Shown: piece after piece, positions 38,601 to 50,555 of the stretch
Position numbering within the stretch: the stretch's first letter is position 1
Layout of the letters: the number at the start of each line of letters is the position of its first letter
Origin: Amphiscolops sp. MND2022
Lineage: Eukaryota
NCBI GenBank assembly: GCA_964187785.1
Contig: OZ076409.1
Span: 60,576,001-60,640,000 of the forward strand
DNA length: 64,000 nt
Direction: 5' to 3'
The notes under the pieces: generated by a model
The model's input: only the letters and a program-made list of their open reading frames with translations
Database searches by the model: none
What the model was told of the DNA's origin: nothing
Made by a program: the position numbers and the translations under genes

Positions 38601-41600
38601 ACTCCTTTAAACGATATAATTACCCATATAGATCTCCATCAAGACCTAGAGATTTTAGATCAAGATCTAGAACACCCTCAAGAAACAGACAACAAAACAG
38701 AATAAATCAAGTAGACGTTAAAACACCAAAAGAAAATGATAGTACAAAATTTGAAATCCACACCTGTCAAATGACTGAAATAGCTAATACAATCACCCCT
38801 TATAGTTGGTTTTATCCACTATATATTCACGCCTCTGAAACAAATGACAACATATTACCTTCAAAATTAGAAATCTTATTCCTTTTAGATACTGGAGCTT
38901 CCATATCTGTTTTGAATTTACCAACATTTCATGTAATTTCCAAACAAAAAAACATCCATGTTCCAACTAACATCCAAAACAAAAGAGCCAAAACTCTTAC
39001 AGTTGCAAACCAAACTGAAGTACCAATAATACATTATATTTCGATGACTTGTTTCACTGAAGTAAATCACAAAACACGATCCTTCAATATCGATTGTGCC
39101 GTAGCAAATATCAAATACAACATTCCTGGAACACCCTTTTTCAAAAAGCACATCCAAAATATTGATTTTCAACAAAACATTATGACATACACAGAACAAC
39201 ATCCAAAGCTTTCAACAAAAACTACATTTTCTACATTTACAGAAAAAGATTATCCATATATTTCTTACATTTATACTATTAAATGTAAGGAACCAATTCA
39301 CTTTAAACCAAGGTCAGGAAAAACCATACATTTCCCAATTAAAAACTATTCAAATCTACATTTTGAACTCGAAGATAATACGAAGTTCTACCCAACAAAC
39401 CCATATACATATTTCTTACAAAAATTTAAAAATATCTTTCATTTCTTAGACATGATAGTCAATGAAAAAAGCAAAGACTCATGTGCAACTATAATTCAAA
39501 ACTTTACATCTTACCCAGCTACATTACCACAAGGAATTATTGGATATATAGAAATACCGATTACGCAAACAACTCCTCCTCACTACAGAGTTAACGATGT
39601 AAATTCACTCATTCACTCTGTAATACATGCATATCACCCTGATACGACAACCCCGATTAAACAAAATCCATATACAGATATGAACTTATGCACTAGGGTA
39701 ATACCACAATCCCTATTAGAAATAAACAAGATAGAACTTAACGACAAAACACTTCAACTTCCTACACCTTCTGTTACTGGAAACCTTCGACCCTCAGATA
39801 AAATTCGAAAAGATTTCCCTCCATTACCCTATTCTACAGAAAACCAACAATTCATGAAGAAATTCAATTTCGAATACTCAGATTTAACCGATACAGAATA
39901 TGTAAACCTCTGCAATATTCTAATTAACAACCAAAATTGTTACGCCAAACATAAAAACGACGTAGGAAAGATTTCCACTCCTTTTCGAATTAGAATAAAA
40001 GATAATTGTAAACTTCACACACAAAGACCTTCTAAAGTACCTATCCACTATAGAGATAGACTAAATAAACTTTTACTAGAACTCGAAAAATACAACATCA
40101 TAAAACAAATTGGTTCAACAACAGATGAAAAACATACTATTGGAACAACTTTTTTAAACCCTTTAATTATTATTCCAAAAGGAGACGCAATAAAAGTTGT
40201 TTTAGACGCAAGACATCTAAACTCAAACACTAACCAAGAACTTGAATCTTGGCCTATTGAACCTTTAGCTCTTCAATTAGCTAGAGCAAATAAAAAATAC
40301 AAATCAACTATTGATCTAATGTATGCATATGCTCATACACCATTAGATGAAGAAACAATTAAACTTACAGGATTTTCATCCGGTGACAAATTATACGCCT
40401 TTATCCGTGGATTTTACGGATTAAAAGGACTTCCAAACCTTTTCACAAAACAAATGTCAACTTTCTTTAGATCACTTATAGACAAACGTTCTGCGTTAGA
40501 TTATATAGATGATATTCTATTACTCGCAAATGAAAAACAAGAAATGTTTGAACTTATAAAAGAATTACATACAATAGCATCTCGAGAAAATCTCAAACTT
40601 GCACCTGAAAAATCGTTCTACATGCTACTCAAAGTAAAATTCCTTGGACATGAAATTGGTAACAACACAATTAAGCCAATTCCATCCAAAATTGAAGCTA
40701 TTAAAAGAATCCCATCACCAAAAGAAAAGAAAGATGTTATGCAATTTCTTGGCAGTGTTAACTTTTATTCAAAATTCATTGAAAAACTTCATATAAACCT
40801 TAAACCATTGTATACATTACTACATGATGATGTTAAATGTCAATGGACACCTGAATTAGAAAAACTATTTCAAAATGTTAAAAACGCAATGACAGCAGAC
40901 ACTGAATTAACAATACCCAACACCACGCATCCATTTTTTATAACAGTAGATGCTTCGTTAGTAGGTTTAGGCGCAGTCTTATTCCAAATGAACGAAGAAA
41001 ATAAGATGAAAGTAATCTCTTATAACTCCAGAATTCTCAATACACAAGAACAAAAACTTTCAACTTTAGACAGAACTTCTTGCAATAGTTTACGCATTAC
41101 AAATATATGAATTTTTGATCATTGGATCTCCTCATCCTATATATCTCTTCACAGATCACAAGCCTTTATTACATTGCTTCGCAAAGAAAGGAAATCTTAG
41201 TCCTAGATTCTATAGAGCACAAATGCAATTAACCAAATTCTCCAAATTAAAAATCATTCATACCCCTGGAAAAAATTTAACTGTAGCAGATATGCTTTCA
41301 AGAACCTTTACAAAAGAACAGCTACAAGTACACCAATTACGACACAAACAATTACCACCTCAAATAGATTTCTTTATCATGAAAGATAATCAACTCAAAC
41401 CAGTACATTATTTAGTAAAACATGAAGAAATAAAATATAATCAAAAAAATGATTGTCATCCTATCCTTGCTGATTACGGAGACGATCAATTCTCCATCCG
41501 TATAAATAACAAAGGAGAAGATATACATATAAAGCCTTCAGATTCCTTCTCTTTTCAATCTATTGTTCCATTCGAATCAAAATATAAAAGGCCTACAAAA

Positions 41601-43644
41601 AAACAAGCAAAATCTCTTTTACAACAATCGGCAATTCTTAATGATACTGACATTCTTAGTGATGAAGAGGAAATAACACCACCAAATAATATCCAACAAC
41701 AAAACTCGAACATAGTAAAAGAACATACCCTTGCTATACAATATCCTACCAAATCTGACTATTGTACACAACAAGTTCCATTTTTTGATCCGTCTTTTTT
41801 CAAATACAAAAAGTATTTTAATTACTTCTTCCTACCAGAAGATACACAAATTACTATTGAAACAATAAAAACTCAACAAAATCAAGATACTGTTTTACAA
41901 AAGGTTTACCAATGGATACTTAATAATGAAAGACCCTTACAAATAGACCCAACAATTGCAGCTAACTCTTTCCTATTAGTATATTACAAACTCTTCAACC
42001 GATTGTATATTAATCATGATACAAAAATTATTCACATAGATTATCCTAATCTTCACGATTCCAACCCGAATCAAAGAGACAAAATATGTTTACCATTTAA
42101 ACTTTTCCACACAGCTTTTAACAAACTCCATGCTCATGGACATTCAGGAATAAAAATATCCATCAAAGCTTTCAACCAATTTTACTTCATACCGTACCTA
42201 AATAAATGGATGTCAAAATTCATCCATGATTGCATTGAATGTAAACAAAATAAACATATTAACCAAAAATTACAAACTGCATCTATACAAACCTTCTCAG
42301 GAAATGCTTCATATTTTAATTACAGAATATCAATGGATACAAAAGGACCTATAAACCCACCATCAAATCAAAATTCATACATTCACGTTATAGTAGACGC
42401 TTTTAGTCACTTTGTAGTAACAGTACCCATAAAACAAAATAATGCTCAAAACGCTGTTAACTCATTACTACATCATTGGATAACAAAATTTGGACCTCCT
42501 GTATACCTAGTTACCGACCGTGGAACAGAATACATTAATTCAGAATTTGCAAATCTTTGTACTACAATGGGAATTAGACATTCACCAAGAACTCCTTATG
42601 CACCATGGACAAATGGTTTAGTTGAAAATCAAAACAGAAATCTTGGAACTCATCTTAGACTTTTCTTACACAACACTCCAGAAAATTGGTCAACTCAAGT
42701 CCATATGTATGCTTATGCACATAATTCACAACCACTTTCTGAATTAAACTTATCTCCATATGAAATAGTATTTCATACTATACCCAGAATTCCCATCAAC
42801 TTTGAACTCAATCTCCAAAGAGATACCTATAGAAATTGTACTTCTCAATATTGTCAAGAGCTACCACTTCATACACACTATGACATCAAATCTAAACCCT
42901 TTCTTTCATAAAATTTTATCTAAACCAATTCCACAATGGATCTTAGCTACTGAAACTGCCATGATACAGATATACCATACGGTATATGAAAACACAAAAA
43001 GAAAGATTAATTCCTATGCTTATTTTAACAAAACATATCACAATCCAAGACCCTTAGATATTGGTACATTTGTACTAAAAAGAAATTTTCTCCATGTTCA
43101 TTTTTCCGATAAATTAAAACCTCTCAGAATTGGCCCATTCAAAATTATTAACAAACTCTCCGATATAACATACGAAATTGTTAATCAAGATGGTTATACA
43201 TCGCACATACAAAGAAATCATTTAATTCCTTATTATCCAAAAGAACCAGTTATTTTCCCTTTCATACAACAATATAACCCTCATTTATTTAATGACTGTC
43301 ATTCAAATACAAATGATCAAATAATTAACTCGGATGAAGACAAATTTACAGACGAAGAACAATTTCCTTCCACAACATTTAATAAAGAAACGGATGTACC
43401 ATCCACGATTGACTTACAATCAGAACCATTTAACCAATATTCTTCATTTCCATATAAACAAAAAGAACAAATTCCTCAAAATACCTCCCTGGATAACCAA
43501 TCAGATATTCATGATTATGACAATTTTATTAACCCCCGAAGACACTCCTATAATAGATACAATTTCCGCCCACAACCAAGAAAAGACTACCGACTCTTCC
43601 TTGGTGAAAAGGATATAATTTCACTTTCTCAAAAATCCTGCTGA
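35612..43644 (+). CDS. gag-pol: Gag-Pol polyprotein (Gag, CCHC knuckle, RS-rich region, PR, RT, RNase H, IN), disrupted by two frameshifts
   Basis: Capsid-like PMKPFDG...EEYLQQVE; CSYCHKNNHSISNC; LLDTGAS; VVLDARHLN, IDLMYAY, FYGLKGLP, YIDD; VDAS...TDHKPL; HGHSG...CIEC; MDTKGP, TDRG, NGLVE; IGPFKI. Restoring 2 nt near 41073 gives LDRELLAIV; restoring 2 nt near 42885 joins the 42802-43644 frame. Confidence 0.93.
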
Positions 43645-43828
43645 AATACGGAATACAGAAAGAAATACACACAAAGAAAGTTTGAAAGAAAGAAAAAGTT
43701 TGAAGCTTAGAACGAAAATAAATGAAATTTATTTTACGAATGAGAATAAAAGAAAGAAATCCTAATTGATATAAAACTATAACTATTTTACAAGCTGAAA
43801 CTAACTATCGTAACACAACGATTTCAAA

Positions 43829-45271
43829 ATTGATAGACATAATCACTCACCATCATCAACTACAGATAACTCTTCTTCTAGTTCAACACATTCACTCCAA
43901 AGATTACCTGAATATACAGCATATTTAAACTCAGATACAGACATACTGGATTCCTCATCCTCAAATCCCAGTCCATCCGCTCCATATACTCCTGATAGAG
44001 TACCAACAACACCCACTAATACACCTATATCCCAAACTCAACCACAAATATTAACAACTCAATCACAACCTAGTTCACGAAATCTAACATTTTTAGAAAC
44101 AAATTCACCACTTTCTGACTCTAATGATGAAACACCTACAATACCAAATACACAAGATACTTCAGATATTTTGAATAGACCTCCTCTTCCACCGATTACT
44201 ACCACTCGTTCTATTCATATCCCTGATCCTAACTCAGTATTACAATACATAAATTCTTGTCCACACAAAGTACCAACTGCAACGAAAACAAAAAGAAAAA
44301 CTCCTTTACCAACATTACCACAAAATCTTGATTTACCATCATCAAGTAATATTCCAATAACATTTTTACCAGAACCTTCATTAAAATCACCAACGAAAAA
44401 ATCACAACAATACCCAACTCCTTCACCATTGGAACTAAGTTCCTTCACATTTTCTCAAATATATCCCAAGCTTGAATTACAACGTGTACATTCAACAACT
44501 ACCTCTTCATTAACAGACTTATATCATAAAGATAAAGACTCTGACTCAACTGCTAGTACTAGAGTACCAAGACATAATTATAACCTTCGATCTCAACAAC
44601 AAAAAAATTCTCAAGAATTACAATCCTTAACTAGCTCAAGTACAAATTCAAGACTACTTCGACAACACGCCCAACCCAGATTGGACACTTCTTCTCTTTC
44701 CTCATCTCAGCCCACTATACCATCTTCTCTATCACTACCATTTCAAATCACATCAGGATTTGAAACAGCCTCTCTTATTTCTGAAGAGCCAGCAACTATA
44801 TCAGATAGCGCAGCTAATTTTTCACGAGTTTACTCACCTAGTTCAATAGCCTCAAACTCCTCTATACAATTACCTGAATATTTTTTAGAAGACTTCTCAA
44901 GACCTCCATCGCCAAATCCTCACGAATATCCTATTCGTGTTAACTCAAAAATTGTTCGTACGCTTAACGAAGATCCTCGATACATGGTATTACCTGCAAG
45001 ATTTATAAACAATAGTTCACTCTCAACTCAAAGAAAACAAAGGGAACTACGAAGATTACAAGAACAACAACTCACATTAAAATTTGAAGTAGAAGTCACA
45101 TTCAACTCGTTAGGACCTCATCCATTCTCTCTTTCAACAAGAGTAGCACATAAAACAACCCCATCACCATTCATTGTTACCTCCATTTCCTACCTTCGTG
45201 ACGCCGATTTACCTGAGATTAGAACAGGACATATAAACTTTTTTAATCCCCTACTCAGGACTCAATTATAG
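43829..45271 (+). CDS. Accessory ORF2: Pro/Ser/Thr-rich, largely low-complexity protein (~480 aa)
   Basis: The frame of track ORF 44171-45271 is open back to 43814. ATT at 43829 after CAAA looks like a mutated or non-canonical start. Contains PSAP, YPKL and HNYNLRS. Confidence 0.7.
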   Translation: MDRHNHSPSSTTDNSSSSSTHSLQRLPEYTAYLNSDTDILDSSSSNPSPSAPYTPDRVPTTPTNTPISQTQPQILTTQSQPSSRNLTFLETNSPLSDSNDETPTIPNTQDTSDILNRPPLPPITTTRSIHIPDPNSVLQYINSCPHKVPTATKTKRKTPLPTLPQNLDLPSSSNIPITFLPEPSLKSPTKKSQQYPTPSPLELSSFTFSQIYPKLELQRVHSTTTSSLTDLYHKDKDSDSTASTRVPRHNYNLRSQQQKNSQELQSLTSSSTNSRLLRQHAQPRLDTSSLSSSQPTIPSSLSLPFQITSGFETASLISEEPATISDSAANFSRVYSPSSIASNSSIQLPEYFLEDFSRPPSPNPHEYPIRVNSKIVRTLNEDPRYMVLPARFINNSSLSTQRKQRELRRLQEQQLTLKFEVEVTFNSLGPHPFSLSTRVAHKTTPSPFIVTSISYLRDADLPEIRTGHINFFNPLLRTQL

Positions 45272-45286
45272 ATCAATATTTTAACC

Positions 45287-47866
45287 ATGAACGAAATCAC
45301 CTTTACCTTTCATTTAATATATATATAATACAAGTTGTTAAATACAGGTATATAATAAATATAGTTCACTCTTTAGTTCATCCTTCAACTGTTCCCAAAG
45401 TTGACATCATCAATTCCGAAAATCATATTTCAGACCAAGATCCTAACATTTTAAACTTAATGGTATCTCATTATGATTGTGCAAAACAAAACAACCTAAG
45501 ACAATTCAGTTTATTAAACGTAGAACCGTGTAAACAAGCACCCTCAGATATACAACACACAAAAACCCAAGCAACAATTTACGTTAGAGCAAAAGCCAAA
45601 AGAATAAAAGCCTTTAAATGTGAAGCATATATAAAGACTGAGAAAGTCTGATGTTCACAAACATTCACATCTAGTAGACGATATGATCGTTTACAATGGG
45701 GACAAAACACATTAGAACTTCCAAAAATATTGGACCCTATTGAATGCAAAAATATGATCAGACATTTAAACGCGACTGATAGCGAAGAATTAAACAACTA
45801 CAATATACAAAGCTCTTTCTCATTGTTCGATGATAGTAATTATCAAAACACAATTGAACGAATTCAGACACCATTTAGAGTAAAAAAGTTAAATACATGG
45901 CATATTGGAACCTTCGTATTTGACGAAAATTATCCTGATTGGATAGTTAATGTTACACAAAATACATACTCTAGATGTCGATCAGACCGCGAACATTTAA
46001 TCACCCGACAAAGTTGGAAACTTAGAATTGTTAACACCGCAATAGATTATGACGATAAAAACAATCAAGTAATACATGACGGACACATATTACCATGTTA
46101 TCATTCAGACGGATTTTGTAAACCAACGACCAAAACTCCATATACATTGACATGGTTTGATGAAAAATTTTGCCTCATATTTAAACTTCAAGAATTCATT
46201 GGTAGAATGACACGAATCAAAGATATATATTGGATAGAAACCGATACCTTTATTGAAACTTCAAACATCACACAAAAACTTCAAACCGAAGGAATACAAG
46301 GAACAAAATACCCTAATATAAAAACACCAAAATCAAAAGTAAGCAATCCAAGCCTTTCCCGATTTGAAATATACCCAATTGCACAAACTTTCTCTGGAAA
46401 ACCTGAACCATTATTTTCAACACAATATGATGACATCTTTGTTACATACTTAGATGGTTTTGATATGAACACAGGATTACCAAAACCACACTCAATAATT
46501 GACCAAACAATTAGTGGAAATATAAAATATGATGATTCAAACAAAAGGTATATAATCCCTGCATTGAATATATCAAACAATTTCGCCACTTTAGACTATG
46601 ATGCCCACATTATTACAAAAATTGATTTCACAATAAATCATGTATTTAAATCCATGACAGTACAAGAATTAAACACTCTACATACAATATGTGAACTAGA
46701 AAGAACTCAACTGTTAACAATACTAGCAATGTCAGTTAAAAATCCCCAATTAGCCGGTTTTCTTTTAACTGGAAATCGTAGTAACTTTCTCTACGTTGAA
46801 GGATGTACAGCATGGCTGTATGATTGCCCTCATTTTATATCACCACTATACAAGGCAGATAAATGCTTTGATAGAATTCCTATACACTACAGAGAAACGA
46901 TAATGTATGTTGACCCAATAGCAAGACAAACTTTTAACTACGCAACACCAATTGAATGTGGAAATAACCCACAAAATATAATAGAATTAGATCCAGATTC
47001 TAACGACGGAGATTTTTATGTGTTAACACCAGAACCACTCAAACGAGAAGCACCACAAATGTTTAAACCTACCCAAATTAAAACAACAATCACTCCTAAT
47101 ACATTTACCGCCCAAGATGCCGGTATATACTCAAATTGCAGAATTAGATCAATTCTGGAATAGAGTATTATTTGCTAAACATTCAGAGACAACTCTTCGA
47201 TTACTTGGAAAATCATTAAGCTATGATTTCATTTCAATGCATAACGAAAAACACTCATACTCCCAACATAATCCCTACAATCATTTAAGGATTGGAGTAC
47301 ATGACCACTTGTTAAATCTTTTACCACTTTTTAACCCTGACTGGTTCAGTCAAGCATTCATTAAATTCTTTGGATATCCACGTTATGTTTTAACCCAATG
47401 TGAAATTTATTTTTCAACATTCCTTTTCATTAGAGAAGTTTTAACATTTTTACTCAAATTCTACAGAACAATTAGCATAAAATATAATCTCCAAAGCAAT
47501 ATTTCCATTTTGAGTTCAATAGCCCATGGATTTTTTAATATAGTTACATCGGAAATGGTAACCGATTTAAATAATACAGGAAAACGAAAACGGATATATA
47601 CTAAACACAAAATTACAACAAGTGAAAATGATAATATCCTATTGCCGGAAAAAGAATTAAACAATAAACGAAGACACTCTGATACTGACTCCCCTTATTT
47701 ACCTCCTAAAAATTCCAGTAAGAATTCAACATTTCAATCACCGCAGAAGACACACCCAACTAATGTAAACGATATTAATTCTCAGGACTATGACCCAATT
47801 ATGTCAAATATAATAGCTGTACCGGAAAGTCCTGCTAAAGTCTTTATAAAATTCAATCCCTCCTAA
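45287..47866 (+). pseudogene. env: Env-like class III fusion glycoprotein (chuvirus G / herpes gB-like), disrupted
   Basis: Hydrophobic N-terminus from ATG 45287 with a frameshift in the (TA)n run near 45320. HYDC...FSLLNVEPC...FKC; TGA at 45649; ICELERTQL...LYDC...KCFDRIPI...YVDP...IEC. A +1 frameshift near 47136 restores GIYSNAELDQF. C-terminal hydrophobic segments and a polar tail follow. Confidence 0.85.
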
Positions 47867-48264
47867 CTGAAAAGCAATAACGTAAAAAACAAATTAACCT
47901 CAAGAAAAGTTCACAAAATTATCAACCAAATTCTTCTCAGTTTCAACTTTCATTCACATCCAAATTCTCACTCGGACCGGTCTCTCCTTTTCAACTCAAC
48001 TCAACTCAACTCTCAACCAGAAGACATCAACTGGATTTTCAGTCCATCTAAACGACCGAAATCACAGAAGTTTCTATTCCTGGAATAGATGCCACTGTGA
48101 TTGTTGATGTGTTCAACCCATCATTGACCCAGTATTCCCATATTGTAAGTACAATTTAAACTTTAATTTTAACAAACAATTTAATGGATAGAAAAGACAT
48201 AACAAAAATTACCCAAATGTTATAATTATTATTTTAGCTCTACAAAAACACGCAAGTTTAAATA

Positions 48265-49557
48265 ATGGAATCCTTGCCCGAAATTGATGTAGTTAATTCT
48301 AATCCCTCTGAATTGCTTGCAACCCCTTTAAATATAACTATTCAACAAAATGTTAACGAAGATAATAACTCCCCCTCCAACTCTCAAGATCCTATAGAAA
48401 ATATCCCTATTGAACAAGTAGATCATGTCAACACAAGATCTCAAAAAAGAAAGTACCCAGATATAACTGCAGATAAACCTTTTATGGAATCTGGCGCTTG
48501 CCCTCCTTTCATAAAACCAATTAAACAAGATGAAGATAGAGATTGTGAATTAGTTCCTATTCTCTCGTCAAAACAATTCACATTTCAATCTCAGTTAACT
48601 TCGTTATACATGATCCCAACGAAATACAAATTCATCATCAGAGAATTTAAAAATGATTATCATACATCAATTGCTTCAAAACTGATTACCCCATATGATT
48701 GGTGGTTGAACAATAAAGTGAAAATTTTCTCACTTCAATACAACTTCCTCAGACCATCTCCATATGATCTCCGAACAGAAGAAAATGATGCAAATTTTTT
48801 GCCATATCAAATCAAAAAGGCCCACCATATGACTTATCAAAAGTTCCTTCAATATAAAGAGCCCGATAATTATATATTCTTCAACTCAAAATATACATCG
48901 CCATCCACTTTCAACTCAGAATATTTAATAGATCATATCAAAACAAAAGGAAAACTTAGAAATTATGACCCACTGAAACAAAGTTTTCTCTTCCTTCCAA
49001 ATGATAACCCAAAAAGACCAATCATTGTTCCACAAGAATACCTCATTCTAAACGACGATTCGTTACTACAAGAAGATATACCTCAACATATATCTGATCC
49101 TCTTCCTCCACTTCAACAAATAGCCTCTCAACCATTGGGAGACTGTGAAAAGTCTTATTTTCACGCAATGATCAAAAAGGGAAATTCAAACAATGAATTA
49201 ATTTTCATTATTTCCCACTTGCTTTCACTTCTTACAAATGGAAATCACAAAGAATATAAAAAGGCAAAACAAGAATCGCCTAAGAAAACCAAAAATGATA
49301 TTCCTCAACCACAAAGCTTTCGCCCAACAGATGAATTACAGAAATATACAGAAATTCTGAATATCATAAAACCGTATCATCATCCAAACCGAGATATTCT
49401 TATAACAATCGCTGAAATCGTAAATACCCTTGAACAAGCTCGAAGCATAATACAAAATATCGTATTTGATACGACAAGAATTAGCCAATCAGCTTTGTGC
49501 ATTCGCACATCTTTAGATGAATTCAACTACACTATTGAAAAAATGCATCGATCTTAA
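48265..49557 (+). CDS. Accessory ORF4, 430 aa, unknown function
   Basis: Intact ATG-to-TAA ORF inside the element with the same A/C-rich codon usage as gag-pol; basic patch TRSQKRK; helical-looking C-terminus. Confidence 0.75.
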   Translation: MESLPEIDVVNSNPSELLATPLNITIQQNVNEDNNSPSNSQDPIENIPIEQVDHVNTRSQKRKYPDITADKPFMESGACPPFIKPIKQDEDRDCELVPILSSKQFTFQSQLTSLYMIPTKYKFIIREFKNDYHTSIASKLITPYDWWLNNKVKIFSLQYNFLRPSPYDLRTEENDANFLPYQIKKAHHMTYQKFLQYKEPDNYIFFNSKYTSPSTFNSEYLIDHIKTKGKLRNYDPLKQSFLFLPNDNPKRPIIVPQEYLILNDDSLLQEDIPQHISDPLPPLQQIASQPLGDCEKSYFHAMIKKGNSNNELIFIISHLLSLLTNGNHKEYKKAKQESPKKTKNDIPQPQSFRPTDELQKYTEILNIIKPYHHPNRDILITIAEIVNTLEQARSIIQNIVFDTTRISQSALCIRTSLDEFNYTIEKMHRS

Positions 49558-50078
49558 CTGGTAATTATGGGATAATAGCTTTAAAGTTATTAACACTTAT
49601 CACTTAATCTTTTAACAACCTGTCAAAAATAATTGAATCTACACGCATATGCCTGCTATGCATGAATTTAATACTTACTTGATGTTAAAATACATTTTTA
49701 AAATGAAATAACATAAAAATTTCAATCACGACATAAAAATTTTCAACGAAATTCTTCAATTGCTCCTCCTTTTAATGGACCGATTTCACCAAAAAAGTAC
49801 TTATATGAAAGATATTTAAATACCCTTCAAAAGATTTCCAAAATACAACAACTTAATACTTAAAATTAAAAAGTTATAACATCACAAAATTCAATAAAAA
49901 AATGTCAACTACGAAATTCTATTTTCAAAGGAACTTTATTGTAAACAAACTAATCTATTTTAGGAAAACATCGTCACAACTGCTTTTTCCGCATTTCTTA
50001 CTTCTCTCAGGTCACCCATTCAGGAAGAATTCCGAAGTATCCTCTACAGCTTTCAACGAAATTTTCTCATTCTTCAAT

Positions 50079-50555
50079 ATGACAACTATCCACTCTGCCG
50101 ACATTGACTGCCCGATAGCTCCTTTCCTTTCAATCTCTTCAGCTCGATTGCGATCCTTGATCCTGAAAAAGCATTTAACGACATTAAATGCGCAGCTTCG
50201 AACAGAAAAAAAGGCTGACCCACATCTCACAAGGATGATATTGCTTAATATGTTCCAAATATTCCAAATAACAAGAATAAATTTCGACCAATATCTCCAT
50301 ATTCATAAACATCCTGACACTTATTCAACTCAAAAGGATGCCACTACACAAACGGAACATACTACAATCAAACCCAAGCGTTTACTACGAACCCTATCCA
50401 ATAGAATGCGTTCCAAAATGGAAAAACAACGTCTAAGTTCATATTGGCCCTCAGATGACAATGATGACACTGACGAAGACCTTCAAAAAGATCCCCCAGA
50501 AGCACTTTTAGACGATAACTATCCACATAAAACATATACTTACGTTTCCTTCTAA
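50079..50555 (+). CDS. Accessory ORF5, ~158 aa from the second ATG (frame open from 49902), unknown function
   Basis: Strong splice-acceptor-like TTTCTTACTTCTCTCAG at 50010 precedes ATG 50079; contains DATTQTE, a basic patch and an acidic tail. Confidence 0.6.
   Translation: MTTIHSADIDCPIAPFLSISSARLRSLILKKHLTTLNAQLRTEKKADPHLTRMILLNMFQIFQITRINFDQYLHIHKHPDTYSTQKDATTQTEHTTIKPKRLLRTLSNRMRSKMEKQRLSSYWPSDDNDDTDEDLQKDPPEALLDDNYPHKTYTYVSF

Noticed and set aside
38187..38705. 172-aa alternative-frame ORF inside gag
   Set aside because: Out-of-frame reading of the RS-repeat region (AGATCT units give IDL/DLD); a compositional artefact.
41060..41115. Programmed ribosomal frameshift between the 1832-aa and 598-aa ORFs
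   Set aside because: The break falls inside the conserved RNase H motif and has no slippery heptamer; it is best explained by a 2-nt deletion.
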